Shown here: piece by piece, positions 42,534-52,946 of the stretch
How positions within the stretch are numbered: position 1 is the stretch's first letter
Layout of the letters: every line of letters starts with the position of its first letter
Assembly (NCBI GenBank): GCA_037445065.1
Contig: JBBILD010000010.1
Span: 1 to 64,000, forward strand
DNA length: 64,000 nt
Direction of reading: 5' to 3'
Origin: Myxococcales bacterium
GTDB lineage: Bacteria > Desulfobacterota > Binatia > HRBIN30
Made by a program: the position numbers and the translations under genes
The notes under the pieces: model-generated
Told to the model about the DNA's origin: nothing
The model's database searches: none
The model's input: only the letters and a program-made list of their open reading frames with translations

Positions 42534-43318
42534 AAAGCAGTGGCTGCCACCAAAACGTTCAGGAAACGGGTGTGCGGCCCCGCGTCAGCCGCGAACTCCT
42601 CCGCCAAGTTGCGCAGCGCCGCATCCAACCGGGTGGTAAACTCGTCCAACCGCTCCTCTTCGAGATTGAGAAAGTGGTTGCGCAGGTAGGTCTGCGCGGA
42701 CTGCTCGGCGAGCACCAGCTTTTCCAACAAAGCCTTGGTGAACAGCGCGCAAAACTCCATGGCCAACGCAGCTCTCTCCTCCGTTTCCTGCGGGACGTAG
42801 TGGCGACCCCGGCGCCGCACGCGACCTTTCTGGACTTCCACGAGTCCGCGCTCCCGCAGTAACTGCTCCACCGCATCTGCGCGGCCGACCGAGCTTTGCC
42901 GACGTTTCCCCGCAAATGTACGCCGCCAACGCGCCAAGGGGACCCAGCTCCCGTCATCCGGCAGAGCGGCAATCGCCTGGCTCACGCGCACGGCAAGCTC
43001 GGCATCGGGCAGACCTTGCACCTCCCGCGGACTGTGCAAGGCGCGCCGCAACTCCTTGCCCAATGCGTGCAGCATGCGGTCGCGCCACAAGAGCACCAGT
43101 AGTTCCCGCGCATCTTGCTTGCGCAAGGCCGCCAGCTTGCGCACCAGCGACTCACTCGGGAAACGCTTCCCTTTTTCGATGTAGCTCAGCATGACCGGAT
43201 CCACGGCGCCTTCCAGTACCTCTTCGGCAAAGCGGCGGACCGTGTACTGCCGCCCCATCAGCACACGCGTCTCGTAAAACACGTCCTTGATTTGCTTGAG
43301 CTGCGGCGTCGGCTGCAT
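42530..43318 (-). CDS. XRE-family HTH protein with uncharacterised C-terminal domain
   Basis: TVRRFAEE...MLSYIEKGKRFPSESLVRKLA is an XRE-type HTH. Confidence 0.7.
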   Translation of the reverse strand: MQPTPQLKQIKDVFYETRVLMGRQYTVRRFAEEVLEGAVDPVMLSYIEKGKRFPSESLVRKLAALRKQDARELLVLLWRDRMLHALGKELRRALHSPREVQGLPDAELAVRVSQAIAALPDDGSWVPLARWRRTFAGKRRQSSVGRADAVEQLLRERGLVEVQKGRVRRRGRHYVPQETEERAALAMEFCALFTKALLEKLVLAEQSAQTYLRNHFLNLEEERLDEFTTRLDAALRNLAEEFAADAGPHTRFLNVLVAATAL

Positions 43319-43409
43319 GCGGCGTGCCTAAAATACTGCAAGGCAGCCGACAAGCAAACAAGTCTTGTTCGTGCGCAGAACCGCTTTCGATGTGCTCGCC
43401 TACTGCTGC

Positions 43410-44336
43410 CTAAGCGGCAAGGGAGGGGGTTCCCACACCCTCCCGCTCCCAGCCCCGTCGCGCTTGCGGAAAGTAGCGGACGGTCGGGGGCAGATAGGGA
43501 AGCAGCGTGCGGGTGGCCCCCACGACTGCGCGGAACAAGCGTTCCTGCCAGGCGCTCCACGAATACCCGTAACGCACACGCACCGGTTCCGGCAAAAGGC
43601 CGATGGTCAGCAGGCGGAGCGGTGGCGCAGCAAAACGCAGGGGCCACGGATGCTCTGGCGCGAGGAGCGACTCGGCTATGTCGCGCGCCTGGCGGCCCAC
43701 GGCCAACTCATCGCCGTTCAACATCCGTTGCCAGTAGGCCGCAAAGCTGTGCCGGGAGGCAGGAATGAGCAGCTCCGGAACACCAAAGAGCCGCGCGACG
43801 ATCTTCGATTCCTCGTAGTACCGATCCTTTTCCGCCTCGCTTAAAGGGGCCACGAACATCTCGAACACGCGGATCGCGGTGTCCACTAAGGTCGCGTGCA
43901 CCCAGAACAACAGTTCCGGATCGGTGGCCCGATATGGGGTCCCTGCCGCAAAACGCCCCACGGGTTCAGGCAACGCTCCACGAACTCGCTCATGCCGTCG
44001 CTGGATCTGACCGAGCGCTTCCGCTGCCTCTCGGGCCGTGCCAAAGGCGATCGTGAGGGTGAGTTCCAGCGTGCGGTTGAGCCGCCCTAACGGATCCTCG
44101 CGGTAGCGGCTGTGCTCGGCCACTCCCGCCGCCACCAATGGGTGCGCCAGTTGCAGCAAAAGCGCACAGCCACCCCCTGCAAGAAGCACCGCCTCACGAT
44201 TGACCCTCCAGGTCACGGACTGGGGTCCGAGCACGCTCCGTTCCGGGCTGGCGGCGGCTAGCCCAAGCTGGGCACGCTTGCTGTGCTCGCGCGTTTTCCT
44301 CCTTGCCGGTCCGTGCTGACTGGCCCCTTTTGCCAT
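43410..44336 (-). CDS. MpaB/DUF2236 oxygenase-family protein
   Basis: ALLLQLAHPLVAAGV.EHS, HERVRG, YRATDPELLFWVHATL. Confidence 0.92.
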   Translation of the reverse strand: MAKGASQHGPARRKTREHSKRAQLGLAAASPERSVLGPQSVTWRVNREAVLLAGGGCALLLQLAHPLVAAGVAEHSRYREDPLGRLNRTLELTLTIAFGTAREAAEALGQIQRRHERVRGALPEPVGRFAAGTPYRATDPELLFWVHATLVDTAIRVFEMFVAPLSEAEKDRYYEESKIVARLFGVPELLIPASRHSFAAYWQRMLNGDELAVGRQARDIAESLLAPEHPWPLRFAAPPLRLLTIGLLPEPVRVRYGYSWSAWQERLFRAVVGATRTLLPYLPPTVRYFPQARRGWEREGVGTPSLAA

Positions 44337-44427
44337 TGCCGCCCCCTCATAACCCGTAAGCCTGACGGCTGTCTAGACAATCTTTGGCAGCGCGTGGCGG
44401 ACACTGACGCCGGCAGTCCGAGAGCGG

Positions 44428-45915
44428 TCAAAAGGTGAGCTGCATCTCGACGAAGCCGTAATTGCCGTCAGGGCTCGAGAACTGCTGGGCGAGCACCGCT
44501 TGCCCAAAGGCGTGGGCGTATAGCAGGTTCAGCGCGGCGTTCGGGTGGAGGCGAACCGTGCTGTACGCTTGCAGGAGGTGGGCAAGCTGCGTCTCGCCTT
44601 CAGTCGGTAGCCCGGCGTAGCCAAAGAAGGAGTCACTGGTGGCACCACCACCGCTGTAGAGAACGTCCTCCGCCTGGTCCACCTGCAACCAATGCCAATC
44701 GAAGCGCAGCACCCACCATGGTGTAGGAGCCAGCACGCTCTGCACGAACACGTCGCGGTTATTCATCATGTTGAAGAACGGGAACATCGCGTACTGCCAG
44801 GCGGTGGGCAGCATTTGAAAAAAAGTGCCGTGAGTACCGTCGTTCGGGTCGGAGTCTCCGGAACCAACGTTGATCCCCGCGCGCAGCCACGGCGAGGCCC
44901 AGGCTGCTTCCCACTTGTAGCCCGCTTCAATACCGTATGCGTACGCGCGCTGATCGAGTTCTTGCCAGTCCCCCACCTGGCCGTAGAAAAAGGCGCTCAG
45001 GTCGAGCTTGCCCTCCGGCAGAGCGAGAACATGTGCGGCATTTCCTCCCAGTGTATGGATCTCCAGCATCTGGCCTACGCTCTGCCGGCGTCGGTTCAGC
45101 GGGCGATTGTCCGTAACGACCAAGGCGCGTTCGTCCTGGTAGAGGCTCCAAAACACGCGCCCCACAGTGTTGGGAAGGGCCGCACTCGTATCCAGCAAGT
45201 TCGCGCTGACACCTGCCACCCGGATCTCGGGCAGGTTGCGCATGGCATCGGTTTCAAAGCCCCCGAAGGTCGGCAGAAAAGCAAAGGCCGAAAGCTCCCA
45301 TGTCGGCGCACGAAGCCCGAAGAGCGCACCATCGAAGCTGCGCCCGGTGTGCGTGTAATCAAAAGGACCAATCAACCGCTGCGACCAGCGCGTTTCTTGA
45401 ATCCACCGGAGGCTAGGATCGCGGGCCAGCCCCTGGCCTGCGTCACGGTACAGTTGCCGACCCAAGGCCACCGAGAAGCCCTCGTGCTGCAGGCGAAGCC
45501 AGCCCTGCCGCACAAAGACCGTGGCCTGCGTGCGGTCCGGAGTGTTTGCAACGTACACGGAGCCTACCCCGACTCCGTTTCGCGGCAACCCGGCGAGCAC
45601 CGTGTTCTGGCCCTGCAGGAACAACTCGACCACCTCGCTGCGCCAGCCGACACCGAGCTGCAACTTGTGGCCCACGAAGTCGTAACGCGATTCCCGCGGC
45701 TGCACAGATCCGCTGATCCGAGGGTCGCCGAACCAGTCGACAAACTCCCCGCGTAACCGCTCGCTGAGCGAGAGTCGCAACGTTCCGCCGCCGATGCCCC
45801 TCCACTCCAACGGCGGCACCTCTGGCGCACTGCTGAGCTGCCCCGTCGCCTGAGCCCGCGCGCTGAGGAAGCAAACGAGCCCCACACCCACCCATCCGAA
45901 GACGCGAAGCTTCAT
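44428..45915 (-). CDS. Outer-membrane beta-barrel, alginate export (AlgE-like) family
   Basis: Signal peptide; RLRGE, LGRQ, RSFDG, GSGD.DP.DG.HGTF.QM.PT; amphipathic strands and C-terminal Phe. Confidence 0.82.
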   Translation of the reverse strand: MKLRVFGWVGVGLVCFLSARAQATGQLSSAPEVPPLEWRGIGGGTLRLSLSERLRGEFVDWFGDPRISGSVQPRESRYDFVGHKLQLGVGWRSEVVELFLQGQNTVLAGLPRNGVGVGSVYVANTPDRTQATVFVRQGWLRLQHEGFSVALGRQLYRDAGQGLARDPSLRWIQETRWSQRLIGPFDYTHTGRSFDGALFGLRAPTWELSAFAFLPTFGGFETDAMRNLPEIRVAGVSANLLDTSAALPNTVGRVFWSLYQDERALVVTDNRPLNRRRQSVGQMLEIHTLGGNAAHVLALPEGKLDLSAFFYGQVGDWQELDQRAYAYGIEAGYKWEAAWASPWLRAGINVGSGDSDPNDGTHGTFFQMLPTAWQYAMFPFFNMMNNRDVFVQSVLAPTPWWVLRFDWHWLQVDQAEDVLYSGGGATSDSFFGYAGLPTEGETQLAHLLQAYSTVRLHPNAALNLLYAHAFGQAVLAQQFSSPDGNYGFVEMQLTF

Positions 45916-46015
45916 CGGTTTCCTCCTTTACCAGCAGACCGACCGCTACCACCGGCCGTTCGTCTCGCGCTCCCTTCTCCGTCGAGAGCTCTCCCCCAAA
46001 AGCTGGCGCGGCCGC

Positions 46016-46768
46016 TTACGCGCGCACGTCGCCGGCCCGCGGGCACTCGAATCGTTCGCCCTGCATGGGATCGCCGCCCGCACGTCCCCGGATCTCCTGC
46101 GCTTGCACGTGCAGGCGCTTCACCTCTTCCCGAACCGCAACACGAACGGCTGCCAGTAACTCCGGGTACGGCGCTGGCACGTTTTGGCGCGCCATTTCCG
46201 CTTCGAGAGCTCCCAGCCAGCGCGCCAAGTGATCTGCAAGGAACTGCCGAGCTGCGCTGCGCGTAATCGCCGCCTGTTCCCCCCAACGTTCCGCTCGCGC
46301 CCATGCTTCCTTGAACAAAAGCACGCTGTAAAACTCCAGTTCCACTGCCAAGTGATCGGCCCTCTCGTGCTGCAAGGACATGCCAAAAGCGCGGTAAAAG
46401 CCCTGCAGATCCGAGAGTTCCGCCGACTTGCCGGTGAGCCGCTGGCCGTCTCCGTATGCGGTTTCGTGCAGCGGGCAGCGCTGGTCGGTGGCAAAAAAAC
46501 GCGCGTAGCGCGCCGCCCGCTCCTCGCTAGAGCACCCGTGCCACGCAGCAGCCGCGCAGCCCAACGCGCGGCTGAGTTCCTCGCTCCACCCGGGCAAGTG
46601 GGACAACCGCCGCAACTCGCGCTCAAGTTGACCGTTGGCGTCCAGATAGGGGGAAGAAAACCCACGCGCGAGCGTACGAAACAGAGTGCACCGGCGGAGC
46701 ATTTCGAACACCCCTGTTTCCAGTTCGGTTGTGGAAGCAGGTGATTTCTTTGGCCCTGAAGCAGTCAT
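46016..46768 (-). CDS. TorD/DmsD-family molybdoenzyme maturation chaperone
   Basis: ETAY, FYRAFG, ERADHLAVELEF, FLADHLARW; position within the operon. Confidence 0.9.
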   Translation of the reverse strand: MTASGPKKSPASTTELETGVFEMLRRCTLFRTLARGFSSPYLDANGQLERELRRLSHLPGWSEELSRALGCAAAAWHGCSSEERAARYARFFATDQRCPLHETAYGDGQRLTGKSAELSDLQGFYRAFGMSLQHERADHLAVELEFYSVLLFKEAWARAERWGEQAAITRSAARQFLADHLARWLGALEAEMARQNVPAPYPELLAAVRVAVREEVKRLHVQAQEIRGRAGGDPMQGERFECPRAGDVRA

Positions 46769-46770
46769 GC

Positions 46771-47646
46771 TCACTCCTCGATTTGCACTGGCACCCACGG
46801 AGACCAAGCTTTGCGCGACCCGACCTCGCGGTTTCCCCCTTCCCACACCGCAAAGGCAGCCACGGTTTTTGCCCCGGGAGCAAGCTGCGGGTCGTTCTTG
46901 CTCGCAGTCTTGAGCGGGCGCGTGATGACCACCGACCAAGCGCCCTCCCGCCACACCCCGCGGCCATCGGCGTGCTCCTCCGCCTTGACCGTCATCGTCC
47001 CCCACCCTTCGGCCATTTGGTCCAACACCGGTGAGCGCCGCGGGTGGGAGATGGGATTGTCCACGCCCACCGCTCCCATGTACGGGCGTGCATCAATCGC
47101 GCTCAAGACCTGATCTGGGTACACATCCACCAGCGCGAACGGGTAGAGGTCGCGCACCTGTGGCTCGCCGTAATCCAAGTCGCGCTGAAAGGCGGCGCGC
47201 CACTGCATAATGGTCACACGAGCACCCGGGTTTCCCATCATCGGGCTGGGCAATGCGTCCTCTTGGAATTGATTCGGCAGCTCGACCGCGACCTGATCCC
47301 CAAACCGATCCAACACGATCACGTCACTCTGAGTAGAGTCGTCCCACTGCAGCCGGAAGGCCAGCCACTCACCGTTGTGCGCGGCTTGCACGCGGAGCTT
47401 TTGCACCGTGGCGTGCGGGTTGGTGGGGGCGGTAATGGTCTGCGGAAGCATCGTTACCTCGGTTGCCGGCACCTGCTCCCACCACGGTGCAAGAGGTTCT
47501 GCGAGGGAGCCCCGTTGCGCTACCCGCTTGCACTGGATGCCAGGAGCTTGGCCTGGCGATGGGGCACAGAGGGCGAGTATTCCCGCCGCCCATGCCGCCA
47601 CCACCCAGTGTCTTCCTCTCACCTTCCCTTCCCTCGAATCGGCCAT
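46771..47646 (-). CDS. Heme b gamma subunit (EbdC/NxrC-like, soluble periplasmic)
   Basis: Signal peptide; AAHNG..LAFRLQWDD, DQVAV, MMG (Met ligand), AFAVWEG...GSRK (Lys ligand). Confidence 0.88.
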   Translation of the reverse strand: MADSREGKVRGRHWVVAAWAAGILALCAPSPGQAPGIQCKRVAQRGSLAEPLAPWWEQVPATEVTMLPQTITAPTNPHATVQKLRVQAAHNGEWLAFRLQWDDSTQSDVIVLDRFGDQVAVELPNQFQEDALPSPMMGNPGARVTIMQWRAAFQRDLDYGEPQVRDLYPFALVDVYPDQVLSAIDARPYMGAVGVDNPISHPRRSPVLDQMAEGWGTMTVKAEEHADGRGVWREGAWSVVITRPLKTASKNDPQLAPGAKTVAAFAVWEGGNREVGSRKAWSPWVPVQIEE

Positions 47647-47661
47647 GTCGCGCACCTCGGT

Positions 47662-48789
47662 TCACGTAATGTTGCTGCGCCAGGTTCCGAACCGCTCGTC
47701 GTACGCCGGGCGCACGTACGTCGGTTCTGTGAACGGCACCCACACCACCTCTTCGTTTTGCTCGTTGTACCCGCTCACCCCTCCCTGCCGCACGCGGTAG
47801 TGGTGAACGATCAATGGCGTCGAGCCAAACAGCAGCAGCGCAGCCAAAAGCTTCTCGTCCTCGGCCGCTTGCCGGTAACGAGCAATCGCCTCTGGAACTC
47901 CCCAACCGAACATTTGCTGCAAATACGGGAGCGGAACGTGGACCGGCGGGATGTAATACACGTTGGGCTCGAGTCCGAACTGTGGGTAGAGCGGCTTGGC
48001 CACCTTAGTTATGTGGACCAAGTAATCGAGCGGATTGTCCTCGCGGATTTGGTCGGGGCGGCTGATGAACCCCTGGAGGCGGATTTTGCCGATGCAGGTA
48101 ATGGTGCACTGCGTTTGCCGGCCAGACTCGACCGCCGGATAGCAGCCGACGCACTTCTCGGAGACCCGCGTCATCGGGTTGAAAAAGGACTTCTTGTAAG
48201 GGCACCCGCGCACGCATTCGCGGTAGCCGCGGCAGCGATTCTGATCGATCAGAACGATCCCGTCTTCTGGCCTCTTGTAGACCGATTGCCGCGGGCATGC
48301 GCCTAAACAGCCGGGATAAGTGCAGTGGTTACAAATGCGCGGCAGATAAAACATCCACTGTGCATGGGGGATGGTGAGAAACGCCCCTTTTTCCATCAGG
48401 CCGAACGAATCGTCCTCGCCAATGTTCGGGTGCGCGTAGTCCAGATCGTCCGGTAAAAAACCCAGAATTCTCTCCCCCGTCGGCGCCGCCTCGAACAGCG
48501 TCTTACCGTCGTACACCGGGCCATCCATGGGCTGCACGCCTAACTTTTCGAGGATGCGCACATCCCAGCCCAACGGGTAGTAACCGTACGGCTTGGACTC
48601 GACGTTGTTCCAAAACATGTACTCCTGCCCGCGCCCCGGGGTCCAGGTCGTCTTGCACGCCACCGTGCACGTCTGGCAGGCAATGCATTTGTTCAAATCG
48701 AGCACCATCGCGAACTGCTTTTGCGGCCGCGCCCCCTCGTACGGGTAGTCCATCTCGCGGCCGATCTGCCAATTGTAGACTTTGGGCAT
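47662..48789 (-). CDS. Fe-S beta subunit of type II DMSO-reductase-family enzyme (NxrB/NarH-like)
   Basis: MPKVYNWQIGR N-terminus; four Cys groups CIACQTCTVAC, CNHCTYPGCLGAC, CRGYRECVRGC, CVGC...CTITC; WNNVESKP. Confidence 0.95.
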   Translation of the reverse strand: MPKVYNWQIGREMDYPYEGARPQKQFAMVLDLNKCIACQTCTVACKTTWTPGRGQEYMFWNNVESKPYGYYPLGWDVRILEKLGVQPMDGPVYDGKTLFEAAPTGERILGFLPDDLDYAHPNIGEDDSFGLMEKGAFLTIPHAQWMFYLPRICNHCTYPGCLGACPRQSVYKRPEDGIVLIDQNRCRGYRECVRGCPYKKSFFNPMTRVSEKCVGCYPAVESGRQTQCTITCIGKIRLQGFISRPDQIREDNPLDYLVHITKVAKPLYPQFGLEPNVYYIPPVHVPLPYLQQMFGWGVPEAIARYRQAAEDEKLLAALLLFGSTPLIVHHYRVRQGGVSGYNEQNEEVVWVPFTEPTYVRPAYDERFGTWRSNIT

Positions 48790-48802
48790 CGCTCCCCTCC
48801 TC

Positions 48803-51800
48803 TCACGCCTTCCGCACGAACTCGCCGCGTAGGTATTTTTTCACCGCCTCGTTCTCGTTGGTGGGGCGGAAGCCGAGACTCACCGGCCGCCAAGGGCCGC
48901 TGCCGTCCAGTCCACCGTCTTCCGCCTTCGTGAAGCGCGCCATCGCCTCGCGCGGCGCGCCGGTGACGCAGTGGACATCCACGTTAAACCCGCGCGTCAC
49001 CTCATGCGTCCACGACTTGCGGGTAATCAGGGAGTGGGTCTGGTGGGTGGGCTTTAGCCACGACCTCGTGAGGCTTTGATGCCCGCCGTAGCGGAACAAG
49101 GCCTGGTAGTGGGTCTCCGGATTCTTGGCCACTCCGTCCGGCCGCGTTTCATGAGCCTGCACGGTCCCGGGGGTGGCCATGTAGCCGTTGAACCACATGC
49201 GAGCGACGCCGCGCGGGGTTCCGGGATAGTAGCGCGCACGTGCCAGCAAGCGCGCGACTTTGTACTCTTCCTTGCGCTTCGGATCTTGCCACCCCCGGAA
49301 CGGCAAGTCCGCCGGGTCTCCATCAATCCAAACGTAGTCACCATCCTGGATGCCGAGCTCGCGTGCATCGAGTGGGTTGATGTCCACGTACATCTCCCCG
49401 GTGCCAGGCGAGCGCCGGTCACGCCGGTACATGTCCCCGAAGGGGCCGAACAGCGCCGCCATGTAATCGGTGTCAATCGGCATGGTGTGGGCGCCATGCC
49501 GGTACTTGGGCGTGTGGAAGATATACCGGTATCCCGCGGAAAGAAGCGGATGGCTGGTTTTCAACAGCTCTGCCGGCGGAAGCGGGACGTTGCGCATCTG
49601 CCGCGTCATGTGCGACCGATCTTCAGGCGGGATGCCCCAGTCCGCGGGCTGCTTTGGTCGCAGGGCCGGGTGGGGCGCCGCGGCAATGGCGCACGGCTCG
49701 TAGAATGTCGACTCGGCCGGTTCGCGGTGTACGGGTAGGTTCTCCCCGGCGTCCACGAACTCCGGCTCGGGCCGGTAAAACTCGAGGCGGCCGGTCTTCG
49801 TGTACCAGGGTTTCGACTCCTGCACTTGCTCGAAGCTGTTGATGCGCGGGTAGGAACGGGTGTTCATCAGAGCCGGCACTCCGGCTTTCGCTAGCTCTTC
49901 GAGATCCTCGAACTTGTATCCACGCAGCGGCGTGGAGCCGTCTATGATCCGCTGCAGGTAGACCTCCGCGCGGCCCTCGGCGATGAAGTGCCACATTTGC
50001 TCGAAACGCGCGTCGCCGGTGAGCTCGGCCAGTTCGCGCGCCACACCGAGGTAAGTCTCGTTATCGGAAACCGTCTCGAAGACCCGCTTGGCTGGGGTTC
50101 GCGGATAGGCCTGTATGAACGGGTTGGTGTTCGATGCGGTCATGTCGGGGAAGCGAAACTCCATCCAGGAGTCCACCCCGTACACGATGTCACTGTACTC
50201 GCACGAGCCTGTCCACCACCAGTCGTTGTACACCACCAGTTCCACCCGCGGCAGGGTGTTGAACACGACGTCGAAGTGCCCCTTTTGGTTTCCCAAGCTG
50301 GAATTGGAGTTTACCTGCCAAATCGCCTTGGTCGGCGTGGGGCAATGAGGCCCACTGGTGATCTTCTTGTTCCCTGCCTTTAAGATCCGCTCGCCGTTGG
50401 CCCAGTAGTGCATGGATTCCGAGCGCACGTAGGGCCGCGCTTTGACCTCTCCAGCCGGGTCGAGCTGCGGGTGGAACGGGTCTTCCAGCACGTACCGGGA
50501 GGCCACACCGCTAAACAGGGTGTTCTTGTAGGTGCCCGCGTAGCTGCCGATGTTGGCGCCGTGGCGCCCGAGGTTGGCGGTGAGGGCAAGAACCAAGAAC
50601 AGGGCGCGATCCTTGTTATCGTTGTTCCAAAACTGGTTCGGGCCCATACCGCAGGCGATCATCGTTTGCCCCCGATGGGCTGCAATGTCTCGCGCCAACG
50701 AAACGATCGCCTGCTCCGGAGCCCAAGTGAGCGCTGCCACTTGTTTCGGAGTCATGTTGGCGTCGAGGTAGTCGCGAATGAGGCTTAGCACCGGACGTAC
50801 TTCCACCTTCTTCCCGTCCACCAGTTCCACGGTGTACGTGCCTTCCAGCGCCGGCTCGATCCCCAAGTGGGCGAAGTGCTCCCCCAAGTCATCGTGGCTT
50901 ACAGCCACGGGTTTTCGCGTACGCAGATCCCACATCACGAAATCGGCGAACTCGCCCAGCAGGGCCTCTGGAATCTGCTTTCCCTCTTGCTGAATCGTCG
51001 GCGGGGCTTTTTGATCTTTGGCAACCACGCGCGTACTGTTTTGCGGCGGGCGGTCCTGGTGCCTTGGAAATACATCCGCCGCGCGCAGGCGCTCGAGCGT
51101 GTCCATGCGCACGAGGGTGGGCAAATCGGTGTAACGGCGCACGAAATCAGCGTCGTAGCGTTTTTCTGCGAGAATCACTTGCGCCAGTCCCAGCGCCAGT
51201 GCGGGGTCGCTTCCCGGGCGAATCACCACCACCTCGTCGCATTTGGACGCGGTAGCCGAGTATTCGACCGTGACGGCTACGACTTTGGTGCCCTTTAGCC
51301 GCGCTTCGGTCAGCCAGTGGCTATCCGGCATCTTGGTGGTGATCCAGTTCATGCCCCACACCAGCAAGAGCTTGGCGTGCTCGACGTCGAACAACTCGAA
51401 ATCGTTGGTTTGCTCGCCCGTGACCATCGGGTGCCCGGGCGGCAAGTCGGTGTGGAACGAGTAAGAGTCCCAGGTTCCGCCGCCCCGCGCTTGCTCGGGT
51501 GACACACCGCGCAGGTGGGCATCGAGAAGGGCCATGCTGTTGGCGAAACGGAAGGCGCCAAAGATGCGCACGGCACCTTGCTTCGCCATGCCGCCGCGGA
51601 ACTTGAGCACGGCCGTACCAGCGCCCCCCGTCTGTTCGACCATGTCCGGGTCGTGGCCCTGGGCAAGAAGGCGCCTCTTGCCCTCTTCTCCACTGTAGGT
51701 CTTGGCAATGTTGTAGAGCGCAGCCGCGTGGTAACGGTACGCTTCCGCGTGCGAGACCCGCACCCAGTGATCGAAGCCGCGCCGGAACAGTTCGCGCGGC

Positions 51801-52291
51801 GGGGCACCGGTCACCGGATCGCGCGGAAAGCCTCGGTCCACCCACTCTTTGAACCCTTTCCGCAAGAAGGCACCGTTAATACGCCTGTCCCCGTAAAAGC
51901 GGCGCGCCAGCACCAGCCCCTTCTGGCAACAGCGCGGATCCCAGCGGTGCGAAGCTTGGTGTCCGTACAGGTCACGCGCCTTTCCGTACCCGTAGGTGGG
52001 CTCGATTCGCACGACGACGTCGTTTTTGACGAAGGCGCGCAGCAGGCAGTTGTGGGTGTCGTTCGGGCAACACAGAAACACGAAGCTGCCGTCGGTCCGG
52101 AAAATGTCTCGATAAACCTTCTCCCACCCGCGTGTCGGGTAGCCAGCAAGCGGGTTCGGCACGACCACCGGATCGAGAAACCCCCCTGCGCCAGCAGCTT
52201 GGCTCGGGTCGGCCGCCACCCCCAAACCCGCCGCCGCCGCGAGTTCGAGAAACCGGCGGCGAGAAATTCCACCCATTTTCTCGTCCCGCAT
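48803..52291 (-). CDS. Molybdo-bis-PGD alpha subunit, Tat-exported, periplasmic NXR/NAR-like
   Basis: GGAGGAGG RBS; twin-Arg SRRRFLE; NPL..YP.R.WE.VY; FS0 motif CCPNDTHNC...CCQKG; Mo-ligand region [22 protein letters not shown]. Confidence 0.93.
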   Translation of the reverse strand: MRDEKMGGISRRRFLELAAAAGLGVAADPSQAAGAGGFLDPVVVPNPLAGYPTRGWEKVYRDIFRTDGSFVFLCCPNDTHNCLLRAFVKNDVVVRIEPTYGYGKARDLYGHQASHRWDPRCCQKGLVLARRFYGDRRINGAFLRKGFKEWVDRGFPRDPVTGAPPRELFRRGFDHWVRVSHAEAYRYHAAALYNIAKTYSGEEGKRRLLAQGHDPDMVEQTGGAGTAVLKFRGGMAKQGAVRIFGAFRFANSMALLDAHLRGVSPEQARGGGTWDSYSFHTDLPPGHPMVTGEQTNDFELFDVEHAKLLLVWGMNWITTKMPDSHWLTEARLKGTKVVAVTVEYSATASKCDEVVVIRPGSDPALALGLAQVILAEKRYDADFVRRYTDLPTLVRMDTLERLRAADVFPRHQDRPPQNSTRVVAKDQKAPPTIQQEGKQIPEALLGEFADFVMWDLRTRKPVAVSHDDLGEHFAHLGIEPALEGTYTVELVDGKKVEVRPVLSLIRDYLDANMTPKQVAALTWAPEQAIVSLARDIAAHRGQTMIACGMGPNQFWNNDNKDRALFLVLALTANLGRHGANIGSYAGTYKNTLFSGVASRYVLEDPFHPQLDPAGEVKARPYVRSESMHYWANGERILKAGNKKITSGPHCPTPTKAIWQVNSNSSLGNQKGHFDVVFNTLPRVELVVYNDWWWTGSCEYSDIVYGVDSWMEFRFPDMTASNTNPFIQAYPRTPAKRVFETVSDNETYLGVARELAELTGDARFEQMWHFIAEGRAEVYLQRIIDGSTPLRGYKFEDLEELAKAGVPALMNTRSYPRINSFEQVQESKPWYTKTGRLEFYRPEPEFVDAGENLPVHREPAESTFYEPCAIAAAPHPALRPKQPADWGIPPEDRSHMTRQMRNVPLPPAELLKTSHPLLSAGYRYIFHTPKYRHGAHTMPIDTDYMAALFGPFGDMYRRDRRSPGTGEMYVDINPLDARELGIQDGDYVWIDGDPADLPFRGWQDPKRKEEYKVARLLARARYYPGTPRGVARMWFNGYMATPGTVQAHETRPDGVAKNPETHYQALFRYGGHQSLTRSWLKPTHQTHSLITRKSWTHEVTRGFNVDVHCVTGAPREAMARFTKAEDGGLDGSGPWRPVSLGFRPTNENEAVKKYLRGEFVRKA

Positions 52292-52526
52292 GCCAGTCCT
52301 CCTCCGCGTGCCGACCCCAAGCAAGGCGAAGGCCAGCGCTGTGGGCGCGCAGCCGGCGGTAGTCGCTCTCGATTCCTTCCTATCCTTAAGAGACCGAGAA
52401 GAGTGCCCGCCCTGCCCGAGCCACACCCGGAATCCTCTGCCTTTGGCCGCCGGCGCTGCAGCCAAGGGCTACGCAACGGCCCGCCATTGCGCGAGCCCTG
52501 CGCCCTTCGTATATGGGCGCGCGGTC

Positions 52527-52946
52527 ATGGCGCAAAGCACACAACGAATGGTCCCGAAACCCACGCCAGAGACGCGGCCCTTTTGGGAAGGTGCCCGCCA
52601 GCGCGAACTGCGCATCCAACGCTGCCTCGATTGCAACTCCTGTTACTTCTACCCGCGTCCGCTTTGCCCGTACTGTCTCTCGCGCAACGTGGCTTGGATC
52701 AGAGCCAGCGGCCGCGGACGCTTGCACACCTTCGTCATCAACCACCGCCCTCCTCGCCACTTTCCCGCCGATGGCCCGTACATCATCGGCATTGTGGAAC
52801 TCGAGGAGGGCCCACGCATGATGACCCACATCGTGGGGGTCGAGCCGCGACCGGAGGCGCTGCGCTGCGACATGCCGGTGGAGGTCGTGTTCGAGGACCT
52901 CAGCGAAGAGATCACCTTGCCGAAGTTCCGCCCCGCTGCCCCATGA
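52527..52946 (+). CDS. DUF35 Zn-ribbon/OB-fold protein
   Basis: PFWEG, CLDC...CPYC, GRGRLHTF, VELEEGPRM. Confidence 0.93.
   Translation: MAQSTQRMVPKPTPETRPFWEGARQRELRIQRCLDCNSCYFYPRPLCPYCLSRNVAWIRASGRGRLHTFVINHRPPRHFPADGPYIIGIVELEEGPRMMTHIVGVEPRPEALRCDMPVEVVFEDLSEEITLPKFRPAAP

Noticed and set aside
48803..52291. Assigning gene symbol narG, nxrA or ebdA
   Set aside because: Motifs exclude canonical cytoplasmic NarG and EbdA, and reaction direction cannot be read from sequence, so the gene is left unnamed.
52292..52526. FNR or NarL site upstream of the oxidoreductase operon
   Set aside because: No TTGAT-N4-ATCAA or other convincing palindrome was seen.
51515..52942. N-terminal 476 aa of the 864-aa ORF as a thiolase fusion
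   Set aside because: It is antisense to the alpha subunit and out of frame over DUF35; the real start is ATG 52943.
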